DNA from: Candidatus Rokuibacteriota bacterium
Lineage (GTDB): Bacteria; Methylomirabilota; Methylomirabilia; Rokubacteriales; CSP1-6
Reading direction: 5' to 3'
DNA length: 64,000 nt
Assembly (NCBI GenBank): GCA_016193045.1
Contig: JACPSW010000007.1
Coordinates: forward strand, 6,487 to 70,486
Shown: one piece after another, positions 1-8,657 of the stretch
How positions within the stretch are numbered: the stretch's first letter is position 1
Layout of the letters: every line of letters begins with the position of its first letter
Notes under the pieces: generated by a model
What the model was told of the DNA's origin: nothing
The model's input: only the letters and a program-made list of their open reading frames with translations
Database searches by the model: none
Program-made: the position numbers and the translations under genes

Positions 1-569
1 AGGCGGCGCCCGATGTCGAGCGTTTCCAGCAGCTCTTGCCGCAGGAGCGGATCCGGGATGACCACCGAGGCGATCCGGTCCGCCACCACTCCGGGGACCG
101 TCGCCGCGCGGAGCGCCCGCTCCACCTCGCGCGAGGATTGACCCTGGGCCTTGAGGAGCCTGAGGCAGGCCGCTTTGACGCGATCGGTCTGGGAGGCGAG
201 CCGGCCGCCATCTCCCTGAGGGACGGCCTCTTCCAGGACGCGCGCCCGCACCACCCGGTAAAGCGTGTCCGTCGGCAGTTCGGTCTCGATCCTCACACGG
301 CAATCGCCACGGACAAGGATGTTGAACCGGCCCGTGGCCAGCCGCTCCCACCGCACGATCTCCCCCGCTCCGGCCACGGCGTACACCTCAGGCTTCCCGT
401 CATAGGTCGCCTCGTAGCCGGGCTTGAGCCCCACCACGGCCAGGCGCCGATCGCGGGCCAGGCAGTCGGTGACCATGGCGCGGTAGCGCGCCTCGAAGAT
501 GTGGAGCGGCAGGAGCGTGTGAGGAAAGAAGGTCAGGCCGGGGAGCGGGAAAATCGGCAGGACCACCAC
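1..569 (-). CDS. Lon protease N-terminal (substrate-binding) domain protein, partial (runs off window)
   Basis: Not in ORF track. Manual translation from GTG at 569: MVVLPIFPLPGLTFFPHTLLPLHIFEARYRAMVTDCL...GRFNILVRG, the typical LON_substr_bdg signature. Starts immediately after the mrp stop. Confidence 0.85.
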   Translation of the reverse strand, partial: MVVLPIFPLPGLTFFPHTLLPLHIFEARYRAMVTDCLARDRRLAVVGLKPGYEATYDGKPEVYAVAGAGEIVRWERLATGRFNILVRGDCRVRIETELPTDTLYRVVRARVLEEAVPQGDGGRLASQTDRVKAACLRLLKAQGQSSREVERALRAATVPGVVADRIASVVIPDPLLRQELLETLDIGRR

Positions 570-570
570 G

Positions 571-1647
571 CTAGCTGATCTTCGGGAGCGTGAACGCAGA
601 GAGGGTGGTGACCCGGTCGGCGACGGCCGCCGCCAGTTTCCTGAAGGCCGCGGCCTGGGCCGAATCGGGCTTCCGGACCAGAATGGGCTCTCCTTCGTCG
701 CCGCCCTTCCGCGTCTCGGGATCGATCGGGATCTGGGCCAGGACCGGCACGCCCGCTTCCCGGGCGATCTTCTGCCCGCCGCCCTCGCCGAAGATCGGCG
801 TCCGCCCGCCGCAGTGAGGGCAGACGAAGTCGCTCATGTTCTCCACGATCCCGAGGATCGGGACGTTGAGCTTCTTGAACATCGCCACTGCCTTCCGCAC
901 GTCCAGCAGCGCCACGTCCTGGGGCGTGGTGACCATCACCACGCCCCCGAGCGGGATCACTTGGGAGAGGGACAGCTGGGCGTCTCCGGTGCCGGGTGGC
1001 ATGTCGAAGACCAGATAATCCAGCTCGCCCCAGAGCACGTCCCGGAGAAACTGCTGGACTGCCGAGTGGATCATGGGGCCGCGCCAGACGATGGCCTCCC
1101 CCGGCGCCACGAAGAAGCCGATGGAGATCAGCTTGATCCCGTAACTCTCCACGGGGATGATGCGATTCTCGAACATCCCGGGCTTGCCGCGCGCCCCCAT
1201 CATCATCGGAATGTCCGGGCCGTACACGTCCACGTCCACGAGCCCCACCCTGGCGCCGGTCTCGTGGAGCGCCAGGGCAAGATTGACGGCGACGGTGGAC
1301 TTGCCCACGCCGCCCTTGCCGGAGGAGACCGCGATCGTGTGCTTGACCTCGGGGATGAGGTCTTCCTTGGGAGGCTCGGCGGGGGCGGGGCGCCCGGCCG
1401 CCTGGGCCTGGCCTCCCATCGCCACCTGCACGTTGGAGACGCCCGGCACTCCGGCCACCACCTTCTTCGCCTGGCTGTGGATCTGGGCCTTGGCAAGCGC
1501 CGGCTGGGTCGTGAACTGGAGGGTGAACGACACGTTCCCGTCCTGGATGGTCATGCCCTGGACCAGGCCGAGGCTGACGATGTCCTTGCCCGCGTCGGGG
1601 TCCTGGACAGTCCGGAGCGCCTGGAGGACGGCTTCCTCTGTGATCAT
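571..1647 (-). CDS. mrp: Mrp/ApbC/NBP35 family Fe-S cluster carrier ATPase with N-terminal DUF59-like domain
   Basis: SSGKGGVGKST deviant Walker A, DVDVYGP, WRGPM, DMPPGTGD, ENMS..CPHC. Start set at MITEEAVL. Confidence 0.93.
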   Translation of the reverse strand: MITEEAVLQALRTVQDPDAGKDIVSLGLVQGMTIQDGNVSFTLQFTTQPALAKAQIHSQAKKVVAGVPGVSNVQVAMGGQAQAAGRPAPAEPPKEDLIPEVKHTIAVSSGKGGVGKSTVAVNLALALHETGARVGLVDVDVYGPDIPMMMGARGKPGMFENRIIPVESYGIKLISIGFFVAPGEAIVWRGPMIHSAVQQFLRDVLWGELDYLVFDMPPGTGDAQLSLSQVIPLGGVVMVTTPQDVALLDVRKAVAMFKKLNVPILGIVENMSDFVCPHCGGRTPIFGEGGGQKIAREAGVPVLAQIPIDPETRKGGDEGEPILVRKPDSAQAAAFRKLAAAVADRVTTLSAFTLPKIS

Positions 1648-1654
1648 TGGACTC

Positions 1655-1683
1655 ACTATAGGGGGCGGTCGTCCCCGAGTCAA
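1655..1683 (-). promoter_or_regulatory. sigma-70 promoter for a leaderless mrp transcript
   Basis: Minus strand TTGACT-17 nt-TATAGT, ending 7 nt before ATG 1647, with no Shine-Dalgarno. Confidence 0.6.
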
Positions 1684-1705
1684 TCCGTGTTATCCTGATC
1701 CTGCC

Positions 1706-2191
1706 ATGGGCATCGGCCCCGATGAATTCCGCCATGTTCTCGGCCATTTCGCCAGCGGCGTCACGGTGGTCACGACGTGGGGCCCCGACGGGCGCCCCAC
1801 GGGCCTCACGGCCAGCGCCTTCACGTCAGTTTCCCTCGAGCCGCCGCTGATTCTGGTCTGCGTGGACCACAACGCCCAGAGCTATCCCGCCCTCCGCGCC
1901 AGCGGCCGCTTTGCGGTCAACGTCCTGGCCATCGAGCACGAGACCGTGTCCCGACGCTTCGCCACGGCGGACGCCGACAAGTTCAACGGGGTGAGCTACC
2001 GGTCCGGCCCCCTCGGCCTGCCGCTGCTTCCCGAGGCGCTGGCCCACCTCGAGTGCCGAACCGTTCACGCCTACCCGGGCGGCGACCACACGATCTTCGT
2101 CGGCGAGGTGGAGGCGGCCCAGGCGCGCGATGGAGACCCGCTTCTCTATTTTCGTGGGGACTATACGCGACTCGACCAGAGGAGATCCTGA
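1706..2191 (+). CDS. flavin reductase family protein (HpaC/RutF-like)
   Basis: FRHVLGHFASGVTVVT, SFTSVSLEPPL-like motif, GGDHTIFVGEV. Confidence 0.9.
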   Translation: MGIGPDEFRHVLGHFASGVTVVTTWGPDGRPTGLTASAFTSVSLEPPLILVCVDHNAQSYPALRASGRFAVNVLAIEHETVSRRFATADADKFNGVSYRSGPLGLPLLPEALAHLECRTVHAYPGGDHTIFVGEVEAAQARDGDPLLYFRGDYTRLDQRRS

Positions 2192-2194
2192 CCC

Positions 2195-3274
2195 ATGAAG
2201 ATCCCGCTTTCCCGCCCCCCCGTGGACGACGAGATCAAGGGGGCGGCCCTCGCCGCCATCGACTCCCGGCAGTACATCCTCGGCCCCGAGTGCAAGGCGT
2301 TCGAGGCCGAGTTCGCCCGTTACGTCGGAACGCGTCATGCCGTCCTGACGAGCTCCGGAACGGCCGCCCTCTGGATCACCCTGGAGGCCCTCGGGGCCAA
2401 GGCGGGCGACGAAGTCCTCGTCCCCGCCCACACGGCCTTCCCGACCGTCGAGGCAGTCTGCTTCAGCGAGGCCACGCCGGTCTTCGTGGACGTGGACGGC
2501 ACCTACACGCTGGATCTGGCCGATGCCGCCGAGAAGATCACGTCGCGGACGGTCGGCATCATCCCGGTTCACATCTACGGCCATCCCGCCAACCTCGCGC
2601 GCGTCCAGGAGCTCGTGTCGCGCCACGGGCTCTGGCTCCTCGAGGACTGCTGCCAGTCCCACGGGGCGACCTGGCAGGGCAAGAAGGTCGGCAGTTTCGG
2701 CCGCGGCGGCGCCTTCTCGTTCTACCCCTCGAAGAACCTCACCGTCATGGGCGACGGCGGCATCCTCGTGACCGACGACGACGAGATCGCGGCGCGGTGC
2801 CGGCGCCTGCGCGACCACGGCAGGCTCAACAAGGACGTCCACAGCGAGGTGGGCTTCAACCTGCGGTTCAACGATATCCAGGCCGCGATCGGGCGCGTCA
2901 TCCTGCGCAGGCTGGACGCCATGAATGAGCGGCGGCGCCAGCTGGCGCAGCGCTATGCCGAGCGCCTGGAGGGCCTCCCGCTGGTTCTTCCCACCGAGCA
3001 GCCGGGGGCCCGCCACGTCTTCCACCTCTACGTCATCCGCACCGATCGGCGCGACGCGCTGGCCGGCTTCCTCCGGGAGCGGGGAATCCAGACCGGCATC
3101 CACTACCCCGTCCCCTGTCACCGCCAGCCCGCTGTGGAGCACCTGAATCCGCCGGCGCTTCCACGGACCGAGAGGATCGTCCGGGAGATCCTCAGCCTGC
3201 CGCTCTCGGCCGGTCACACGGAGGAGGAGATCGACCAGGTCGCCGCCGCCGTCCGCGAGTTCTTCCAGGCGTGA
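2195..3274 (+). CDS. DegT/DnrJ/EryC1/StrS family PLP-dependent sugar aminotransferase
   Basis: SSGTAAL, EDCCQSHG, FSFYPSKNL (PLP lysine), GDGG. Confidence 0.92.
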   Translation: MKIPLSRPPVDDEIKGAALAAIDSRQYILGPECKAFEAEFARYVGTRHAVLTSSGTAALWITLEALGAKAGDEVLVPAHTAFPTVEAVCFSEATPVFVDVDGTYTLDLADAAEKITSRTVGIIPVHIYGHPANLARVQELVSRHGLWLLEDCCQSHGATWQGKKVGSFGRGGAFSFYPSKNLTVMGDGGILVTDDDEIAARCRRLRDHGRLNKDVHSEVGFNLRFNDIQAAIGRVILRRLDAMNERRRQLAQRYAERLEGLPLVLPTEQPGARHVFHLYVIRTDRRDALAGFLRERGIQTGIHYPVPCHRQPAVEHLNPPALPRTERIVREILSLPLSAGHTEEEIDQVAAAVREFFQA

Positions 3275-3291
3275 GCAGCAAGAGCCGTCGG

Positions 3292-3562
3292 CGTCTCCCC
3301 TTGCTCGCTGGCCTGGGCCGGCAAACCAAGTCGACGGCGATCTGCCCGAGTGAGCCATGCCGAGAGGCGGTCGGGTCCCCGTCGTGAGCGAGCGGGGAAG
3401 GGGAAGCCGGACCGCACGCCCCGGCCGATGGGACGCGGACGGCGCGGGGATTCAACGTATGGCGAGAGAGTCGAGTGCAGCGGGAGCGAGTCCGGAGGGG
3501 CGTCCCCGCCCCGTGAGCCACTGACGGGTGACCGCCGAAGGCCCGGCGAGCGAGGGCAGACG
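3292..3562. repeat. long imperfect GC-rich inverted-repeat element (MITE-like or structured RNA)
   Basis: Arm 3292-3314 matches the reverse complement of 3539-3562 at about 20/24 positions, with further nested complementary blocks inside. Confidence 0.5.
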
Positions 3563-3570
3563 GCGTCGAC

Positions 3571-4695
3571 ATGGGAAAATTGATTACTGAGCCGCTGAGG
3601 ATCCTGCAGCTCTACCCGAAGGAGGACTACTTCACCGGGGCGGCGATCCAGCTCCGCGACCTGGCCGTGGGGCTCCTCGCCCGCGGCCACCATGTCGTGG
3701 TGGCGACGCGTCCGAGCCCCCTGTGGCGGCGGAAGGCCGAAGAGGCGGGCATCCCGCACGCGTCCCTCCCCATGAGGCACGAGCTGGACCTGCGATCGGT
3801 GGTCGGGATCGTTCGCCTCCTGCGCGAGCACCGGATCCAGATCGTCCACTGCCACAAGGGCCGCGCCCGGACTCTGGCGCTCTTCGCCGGCCTCTTCGAG
3901 AAGATCCCCGTGCTGATCCTGAACCGCGGCGTCAGCTTCCCGCTGGACCCGTGGAACCGCCTGGGCTATACGACGGACCGGGTGACCGCCGTCGTGGCTG
4001 TTTCCCAGTCCATCAAGCGGGGGCTCGTGACGGCGGGCGTCGCGGGGGAGAAGATCGAGGTCATCTACTCCGGCACCGACACCGACAGCTTCCACCCCGG
4101 CGTGGACGGCAGCCGCGTTCGCTCCGAGCTGGGGCTCCAGCCCGACCACTTCCTCGTGACCCAGATCGGCGTCCGGAGCTGGCGCGGGAACGACGACGTC
4201 CTGGATGCCATGGCGCGGGTGGCCCCGGCGGCGCCGCAGGCTCGCCTGCTCGTCGTGGGGGCGCCGCCACCCCGGATCGTCAGCCTCGGCGAGAAGGCCC
4301 GCCAGCGTGGGATCGGGGACGTGACGCGGGTGCTCGGCCACCGGGAGGACGTTCCCGAGATCCTGGCGGCCAGCAACGTGACCGTGGACGCCTCCTACGC
4401 CGGCCTCGGGCTCACGGGCTCGCTGAGGGAATCGCTGGCGGTGGAGACGCCCGTGGTCGGGACCAACCTCGAAGGGATCCCCGAGCTGGTCCTGGACGGC
4501 GAGACCGGCCTTCTCGTGCCGCCGCGGAACCCCGAGGCGCTGGCCCAGGCCATCCTGAGAGTCGTCGAGAACCCCACGCGCGCCAAGGCCATGGCCCGGG
4601 CGGGCCGCAAGCGGGTGGAGGCGCTCTTCTCCACCCGGATCAAGCTGGAGAGGACCGAGGCGCTCTACACGCGCCTGCTGGCGCAACGCGCGTGA
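3571..4695 (+). CDS. glycosyltransferase family 4 (GT-B), probably LPS core related
   Basis: IVHCH, LGHREDVPEILAA, ESLAVETPVVGT, GIPELVLDGETGLLV. Coupled to the MsbA-like gene. Confidence 0.88.
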   Translation: MGKLITEPLRILQLYPKEDYFTGAAIQLRDLAVGLLARGHHVVVATRPSPLWRRKAEEAGIPHASLPMRHELDLRSVVGIVRLLREHRIQIVHCHKGRARTLALFAGLFEKIPVLILNRGVSFPLDPWNRLGYTTDRVTAVVAVSQSIKRGLVTAGVAGEKIEVIYSGTDTDSFHPGVDGSRVRSELGLQPDHFLVTQIGVRSWRGNDDVLDAMARVAPAAPQARLLVVGAPPPRIVSLGEKARQRGIGDVTRVLGHREDVPEILAASNVTVDASYAGLGLTGSLRESLAVETPVVGTNLEGIPELVLDGETGLLVPPRNPEALAQAILRVVENPTRAKAMARAGRKRVEALFSTRIKLERTEALYTRLLAQRA

Positions 4696-6422
4696 ACGTC
4701 TGGCCCCTGTACCTCCGCCTCCTGGCCTACCTCCGCCCCTACTGGCGCTGGCTCCTCGTCGGGACCGGGCTGGCGCTGGTGGTGGCGGCGATGGACGGCG
4801 CCATCGCCTGGCTCGTCAAGCCCGCCATGGACGACATCTTCCTCAAGCGCGACCTTCTCATGCTCAGACTCATCCCCTTGGCCCTGCTGGGAGCCTACCT
4901 GCTCAAGGCGGTCAGTCGATACGGCCAGTCGTACCTGATGGCCGCGGTGGGCGAGCGCGTGATCGCGACGATCCGGCGGAACCTCTACGCCCACATCCAG
5001 GGCATGCCGCTCTCCTTCTTCACGGACCTCCACTCGGCGGAGCTCATGTCGCGCCTCACGAACGACGTGAACCGGCTGGCGCGGCTCTCCTCCACGGTGA
5101 TGGTCATGGCGATCCGCCAGGTCTTCACGATCGTCGCGCTCCTGGGCGTGATGATCGCCCGCGAATGGGTCCTCGCCCTGATCGCCGTCGTCGTGTTCCC
5201 CTTCGTGGGGGTCACGGTCCGCGCCATCGGGAGGAAGCTCTACAAGATCAACAAGCGGACCCAGGAGAAGATCGCCGAGCTGAACGTGGTCCTCCAGGAG
5301 GTCTTCGCGGGGACCAAGATCGTGAAGGCGTTCGGCCGCGAGGCCCACGAGCAGGAGCGCTTCGACCGGGTCAACGAGCGCCTGCTGGACCTGTCGCTGA
5401 AGGACCACCGGACCGACGAGATCACCGAGCCCCTCATGGAGGTCTTCGGCGCCCTCGGGATCATGGGGGCCCTCTGGTACGGCGGCTACCAGGTCATCCA
5501 GGGACACATGACGCCCGGGACCTTCTTCTCCTTCACCGCCGCCGTCATCATGCTCTACGGCCCCGTCCGGAAGCTCTCACGCATCGCCAACACCATCCAG
5601 CAGTCCACCGCCTCGGTGGAGCGCGTGTTCGACGTCCTCGACACGCCCCCCGCCATCGCGGACCGTCCGGGAGCCGCCCGCCTGCCGGCCTTCCGCGACC
5701 GGCTCGACTTCGACCGCGTCTCCTTCCGGTACCCTGATGCGGAGGAGGACGTGCTCAAAGATATTTCCCTCACGGTGCGGCGAGGCGAGGTGGTGGCGTT
5801 CGTGGGCCTGAGCGGCGCCGGCAAGTCCACCCTGATGGACCTCGTCCCCCGCTTCCACGACGTGACGCGCGGGAAGATCCAGATGGACGGCCACGACCTC
5901 CGCGACCTGACGGTCGCCTCGCTCCGCGCCCAGATCGGCGTCGTCACCCAGGAGACCTTCCTCTTCAGCGACTCGATCTTCTACAACATCGCCTACGGCA
6001 AGCCGGGGGCGACGGCCGAAGAGGTGGAGCAGGCGGCGAAGCTGGCCCATGCCCACGACTTCATCCTGGCCGCCCCCGAGGGGTACCAGTCGCGAGTGGG
6101 CGAGCGGGGGGTGAAGCTCTCAGGCGGCCAGCGCCAGCGCCTCGCCATCGCGCGGGCATTTCTGAAGGACCCGCCCATCCTGATCCTGGACGAGGCGACC
6201 TCGGACCTGGACGCCGAGAGCGAGTTCATCGTCCAGCAGGCCTTGACCGACCTCATGAAGGGCCGGACCGTGCTGGTCATCGCGCACAGGCTATCGACCG
6301 TGAGAAACGCCGACAGGATCTACGTCATCCACGAGGGCCAGATCGCCGAGGTGGGCCGCCACGAGGATCTCCTGGCCAAGGACGGCATCTACCAGCGCCT
6401 CTACGGAATCCAGGTCGGCTAG
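4692..6422 (+). CDS. msbA: MsbA-like lipid A/lipid ABC exporter (TMD + NBD)
   Basis: GTG 4692 overlaps the upstream TGA. Multiple TM helices, GLSGAGKST, LSGGQRQR, ILDEATS, IAHRLST. Confidence 0.8.
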   Translation: MNVWPLYLRLLAYLRPYWRWLLVGTGLALVVAAMDGAIAWLVKPAMDDIFLKRDLLMLRLIPLALLGAYLLKAVSRYGQSYLMAAVGERVIATIRRNLYAHIQGMPLSFFTDLHSAELMSRLTNDVNRLARLSSTVMVMAIRQVFTIVALLGVMIAREWVLALIAVVVFPFVGVTVRAIGRKLYKINKRTQEKIAELNVVLQEVFAGTKIVKAFGREAHEQERFDRVNERLLDLSLKDHRTDEITEPLMEVFGALGIMGALWYGGYQVIQGHMTPGTFFSFTAAVIMLYGPVRKLSRIANTIQQSTASVERVFDVLDTPPAIADRPGAARLPAFRDRLDFDRVSFRYPDAEEDVLKDISLTVRRGEVVAFVGLSGAGKSTLMDLVPRFHDVTRGKIQMDGHDLRDLTVASLRAQIGVVTQETFLFSDSIFYNIAYGKPGATAEEVEQAAKLAHAHDFILAAPEGYQSRVGERGVKLSGGQRQRLAIARAFLKDPPILILDEATSDLDAESEFIVQQALTDLMKGRTVLVIAHRLSTVRNADRIYVIHEGQIAEVGRHEDLLAKDGIYQRLYGIQVG

Positions 6423-6602
6423 AGCAATTTCACGGACCTTTACTGGCCATCGGCGGCCTCGATGGGTCGACTCTTGACAGGCTAGTGCAAATGACCTAGG
6501 AATATTCCAACTAACCGCCCTCCGCCTCCTAGCAGGGTATGGTGCAACTTGTACTGGCTGGTAGGTTTTTTACCACCACGTCTCAGTCCGCCAAGCGCAA
6601 TC

Positions 6603-7015
6603 ATGCCCAACCGGCTATTTTCTCAGCATTCCTATTTGGCATCGGCGTTGCCTTCTCTGCTCCTCCTGCTCTTGCTTGCCCGTCGAAACACTGACCTGCG
6701 GGTTGCGGATGTGAGCGGTGACTCGCGTCCTCGAGCCGAGCGTCCGGTTGTGGACCTGTATCAAGGCCGAGTGGGCCAACGTGGCAGTCTCCGCCATCAC
6801 GCCCACACAGTCGAGCGGGGGACCCGGCCAGATCTACATGCTGAACCGCGGGGGGGCGAGCCTCGGGACGGCGCGGCTACGCGCCGTATTACAACCTGCT
6901 CTGGCGGTCCTCCACGCTCTATCTGCCGGCCTTCGTGGGCTTCGTCTGCCTGGCCCGCGCCCTGTTCCAGGACGCGCGGGGGGTCGTGCGGCCGGCCTGG
7001 TCAGCGGTCGGGTGA
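6603..7015 (+). pseudogene. degraded UPF0104 / lysylphosphatidylglycerol-synthase TM-domain family gene
   Basis: One frame reads LPVETLTCGLRM*AVTRVLEP...WANVAVSAITPTQSSGGPGQIYMLNRGG (TP..GG.P.Q family motif; TGA at 6712 where Trp is expected). Another frame gives the C-terminal LLWRSSTLYLPAFVG. The middle of the gene is missing. Confidence 0.6.
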
Positions 7016-7042
7016 AATGCTTCCGATCAATGCCTCTCAAAC

Positions 7043-7106
7043 GCAACCCTCATGGGTTGCTCCTAGCCCAACTTCTGCGGAAGTTGGGCTAGTGCAAACG
7101 GACTAG
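7043..7106. promoter_or_regulatory. inverted repeats and repeated CTAG motif upstream of the activase operon
   Basis: GCAACCC-tcat-GGGTTGC at 7043-7060; 13-bp perfect stem at 7063-7092; GGCTAGTGCAAAcGgaCTAG at 7087-7106 echoes 6480-6499. Confidence 0.45.
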
Positions 7107-7139
7107 CCCAAATCAGGCGGTCCTAGGGGGAGGAAAGAC

Positions 7140-8657
7140 ATGGCAACGGCGACCCTTCAGCCGTACCGGGCATATTCCCCGAAGCCGTTCACGAAAGACG
7201 AGCGAGGGCAGGTCACGATCCTCTTCGGCGGCCTCCACTGGAGAGCCGAGCGGGTGCTCCAGGCCGTGCTCGAGAACCTGGGCTACCGGGCGCAGGTCCT
7301 GCCTGTCGCCACCAAGGAGGATCTCCTGAGGGGCCGGGAAGTGGCGGACATCGGGCAGTGCTGTCCCACCAGCTTCACGACGGGAAATCTGGTCAACTTC
7401 CTCCGGTCGGAGGCCGAGCGTATCGGAAAGGAGGAAGTCGTCCGGAAATACGTGTACTTCACGGCCGGCTCGTGCGGCGCGTGCCGCTTCGGCCAGTACC
7501 ACCAGAGCTACGAGCTGGCGCTGCGAAATACGGGGATGGAAGCCTTCCGCATGTTCCTGATGGCCCAGAACCAGCTGGACCAGGGGGCGGCCATCGGGGA
7601 CGGGCTGGAGATCAACCTGCCCTTCACGCTGGGGGCGGCCTGGGCGGTGCTCTGCACGGATGTCCTGCAGAACCTGGAGTACCAGGTCCGGCCCTACGAG
7701 GTGATCCCCGGCCAGACGGATCAGGTCGTCAAGGAGAGCGTCGAGTATCTGTGCGAGGTGTTCCGGAACCGCCCCCTTCGGGGGAAGAAGTGGGGATCGC
7801 TCCTCTGGCACCTGACGACCGGCTACTTCACGAAGGCGCTTCGCGAGGTGCACCGGAAATTCGCCGCCGTCGAGGTCGACCGCCTTCGCGCGAAGCCCAT
7901 CGTCAAGATCACCGGCGAGTTCTACCTCCAGACCGTGGAGGGTGACCCGAACCACAACATCCACCGCTGGCTGGAGTCGGAAGGGGCCGAGATCTATCCG
8001 GCCGCGATCGCGGTGTGGCTCGACTATCTGATGCGGTTGGCCATCCAGGACATCGAGGAGTACGTCGGGATCGACCGCCGCGCCCGCCTCAAGGTAGCCG
8101 CGCTCAAGACGCTGCAGCGGGTCTACCGGTGGCAGTACGACCGGCTGCGGCATGCCCTGGGCGGCCAGCCTCCCGCGCTGCCGGACCAGTATGAGCTCAG
8201 GCGGCTCGCGGCCCCGTACTTCCACCACCGCCTGTCGGGCGGGGAAGGCGACATGCTCGTGGGGAAGGCCCTGTGGGCGTACCACCACAAGAAGGCCCAC
8301 ATGACCTGCGAGCTCTCCCCCTACTCGTGCATGCCCAACACCATGAGCATCGGCGCGATGGCCGGCGTCGTGGGGAAATATCCGGACCTCCTGTATGCCC
8401 CCCTGGAGATCAAGGGGGACGCCGAAGTCCACGCCCTCTCCCGGTGCCAGATGATTCTGACCGAGGCCAAGAAGCGGGCACAGAAGGAGTACGAGGAGGT
8501 CCTCGAGCGCACCGGGCTGACCGCGGAACGGGTCCGAGGCTACCTCGACGCCCACCCCGAGATGAAGAAGGCGACCTATCGGGTCCGGCGTGATGGCGTG
8601 GTCGGCACCGCCGCGAACCTGGTGCTGGACGTGGCGCGGCGGGGGGGCGGGCGATGA
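7140..8657 (+). CDS. 2-hydroxyacyl-CoA dehydratase/reductase-like Fe-S subunit (PlsR-like)
   Basis: GQCCPT, GSCGACRFGQY, KITGEFY, GGEG and PYSCMPN motifs. SD GGAGG. Coupled to the activase gene. Confidence 0.75.
   Translation: MATATLQPYRAYSPKPFTKDERGQVTILFGGLHWRAERVLQAVLENLGYRAQVLPVATKEDLLRGREVADIGQCCPTSFTTGNLVNFLRSEAERIGKEEVVRKYVYFTAGSCGACRFGQYHQSYELALRNTGMEAFRMFLMAQNQLDQGAAIGDGLEINLPFTLGAAWAVLCTDVLQNLEYQVRPYEVIPGQTDQVVKESVEYLCEVFRNRPLRGKKWGSLLWHLTTGYFTKALREVHRKFAAVEVDRLRAKPIVKITGEFYLQTVEGDPNHNIHRWLESEGAEIYPAAIAVWLDYLMRLAIQDIEEYVGIDRRARLKVAALKTLQRVYRWQYDRLRHALGGQPPALPDQYELRRLAAPYFHHRLSGGEGDMLVGKALWAYHHKKAHMTCELSPYSCMPNTMSIGAMAGVVGKYPDLLYAPLEIKGDAEVHALSRCQMILTEAKKRAQKEYEEVLERTGLTAERVRGYLDAHPEMKKATYRVRRDGVVGTAANLVLDVARRGGGR

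Noticed and set aside
1650-1663. GACTCACTATAGGG matches the 3' part of the T7 promoter
   Set aside because: It lacks TAATAC and has no vector context. It is explained as the minus-strand -10 box (TATAGT) of mrp.
3723-4691. Apparent N-terminal extensions or fusions in track ORFs (MsbA 899 aa, UreC 707 aa, UrtB 975 aa, UrtE 651 aa)
   Set aside because: The extensions are off-frame readings of the upstream genes. The true starts sit at or near the preceding stops.
6712-6714. In-frame TGA in the UPF0104 remnant as possible Sec or recoded Trp
   Set aside because: The position fits Trp, the gene has other lesions, and TGA is the normal stop across the window, so a nonsense mutation is simpler.
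6549-7106. 185-aa and 124-aa ORFs from the track
   Set aside because: They are mosaics of pseudogene frames with no coherent domain over their full length.
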